From: Meiothermus sp.
GTDB lineage: Bacteria > Deinococcota > Deinococci > Deinococcales > Thermaceae
Direction: 5' to 3'
Assembly (NCBI GenBank): GCA_033762915.1
Contig: JANRLD010000056.1
Location: 1 to 49,096, forward strand
Length of the DNA: 49,096 nucleotides
The position numbers and the translations under genes are program-made. Below, in pieces: positions 48,764-49,096 of the stretch (position 1 is the stretch's first letter; each line of letters begins with the position of its first letter). The notes under the pieces were generated by a model. That model had not been told where the DNA came from. It made no database searches and saw only the letters and a program-made list of their open reading frames with translations.

Positions 48764-49096
48764 ATGAACCCGAACATCACCCTCAAAGCCCTCGAGCAAA
48801 GCGCCCTCGACGCCCACGCCCGCCTGGAGCCAACCAACCGAGACCTCTTGCTCGACCGGTATTTCGTCCGACAGCATTTGGTTCCCGTGCTGCTGTTCAG
48901 GATGCAGGCCCACATCCCCATGAGCCCTGCCGAGATGGCCCAACTATGGGCCGAGCACCTGGGCCTCTCCGAGTCCCTACAGGCTGCCTGGCTGCCCAAG
49001 CTCGAGGCCACTTTCGCCCGCTTCGCCGCACTGCTTAAGGACGAGTTGCAGCAGAAGAACCCGCGCATCCGCCTTCAGACCGTCCTTCCCAGCACC
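48764..49096 (+). CDS. Hypothetical protein (MNPNITLKALEQ...), stop beyond the window, divergent from Lrp
   Basis: ggagga SD, ATG 48764, frame open to window end; absent from the ORF track because it has no stop. Confidence 0.7.
   Translation, partial: MNPNITLKALEQSALDAHARLEPTNRDLLLDRYFVRQHLVPVLLFRMQAHIPMSPAEMAQLWAEHLGLSESLQAAWLPKLEATFARFAALLKDELQQKNPRIRLQTVLPST

Overview
GC-rich chromosomal window, most likely from a Meiothermus-like member of the Thermaceae (inferred from the extreme CTCGAG abundance, Thermus-type PilF, carotenoid-glycoside genes and many leaderless genes). In order it holds: the 3' end of a GH5 mannanase-like gene; a carotenoid tailoring operon (acyltransferase, GT2, CrtD-like desaturase, CYP287-like P450); an SDR/ALDH pair; pilB/pilF with yqeG and a divergent GAF-HD-GYP gene; two Rid proteins; SpoIID; a LacI-controlled sugar uptake/catabolism cluster; moxR/DUF58; small enzymes; thrS; an MFS transporter and an Lrp regulator. 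The best leads are: (1) a SMEK-NB-ARC-WD40 (Apaf-1/NLR-like) gene whose WD40 sensor part is compositionally foreign; (2) a complete Thr-codon leader-peptide attenuator upstream of thrS; (3) a low-GC HEPN-motif gene beside thrS; (4) a promoter plus strong SD plus 5-codon ORF inside an array of GTTACG/CGTAAC motifs; (5) an ISAs1-type MITE in two copies; and (6) at least two dispersed palindromic repeat families. No tRNA, rRNA, CRISPR array, transposase or integrase was seen. All family calls are from motif recognition by eye, not database searches.
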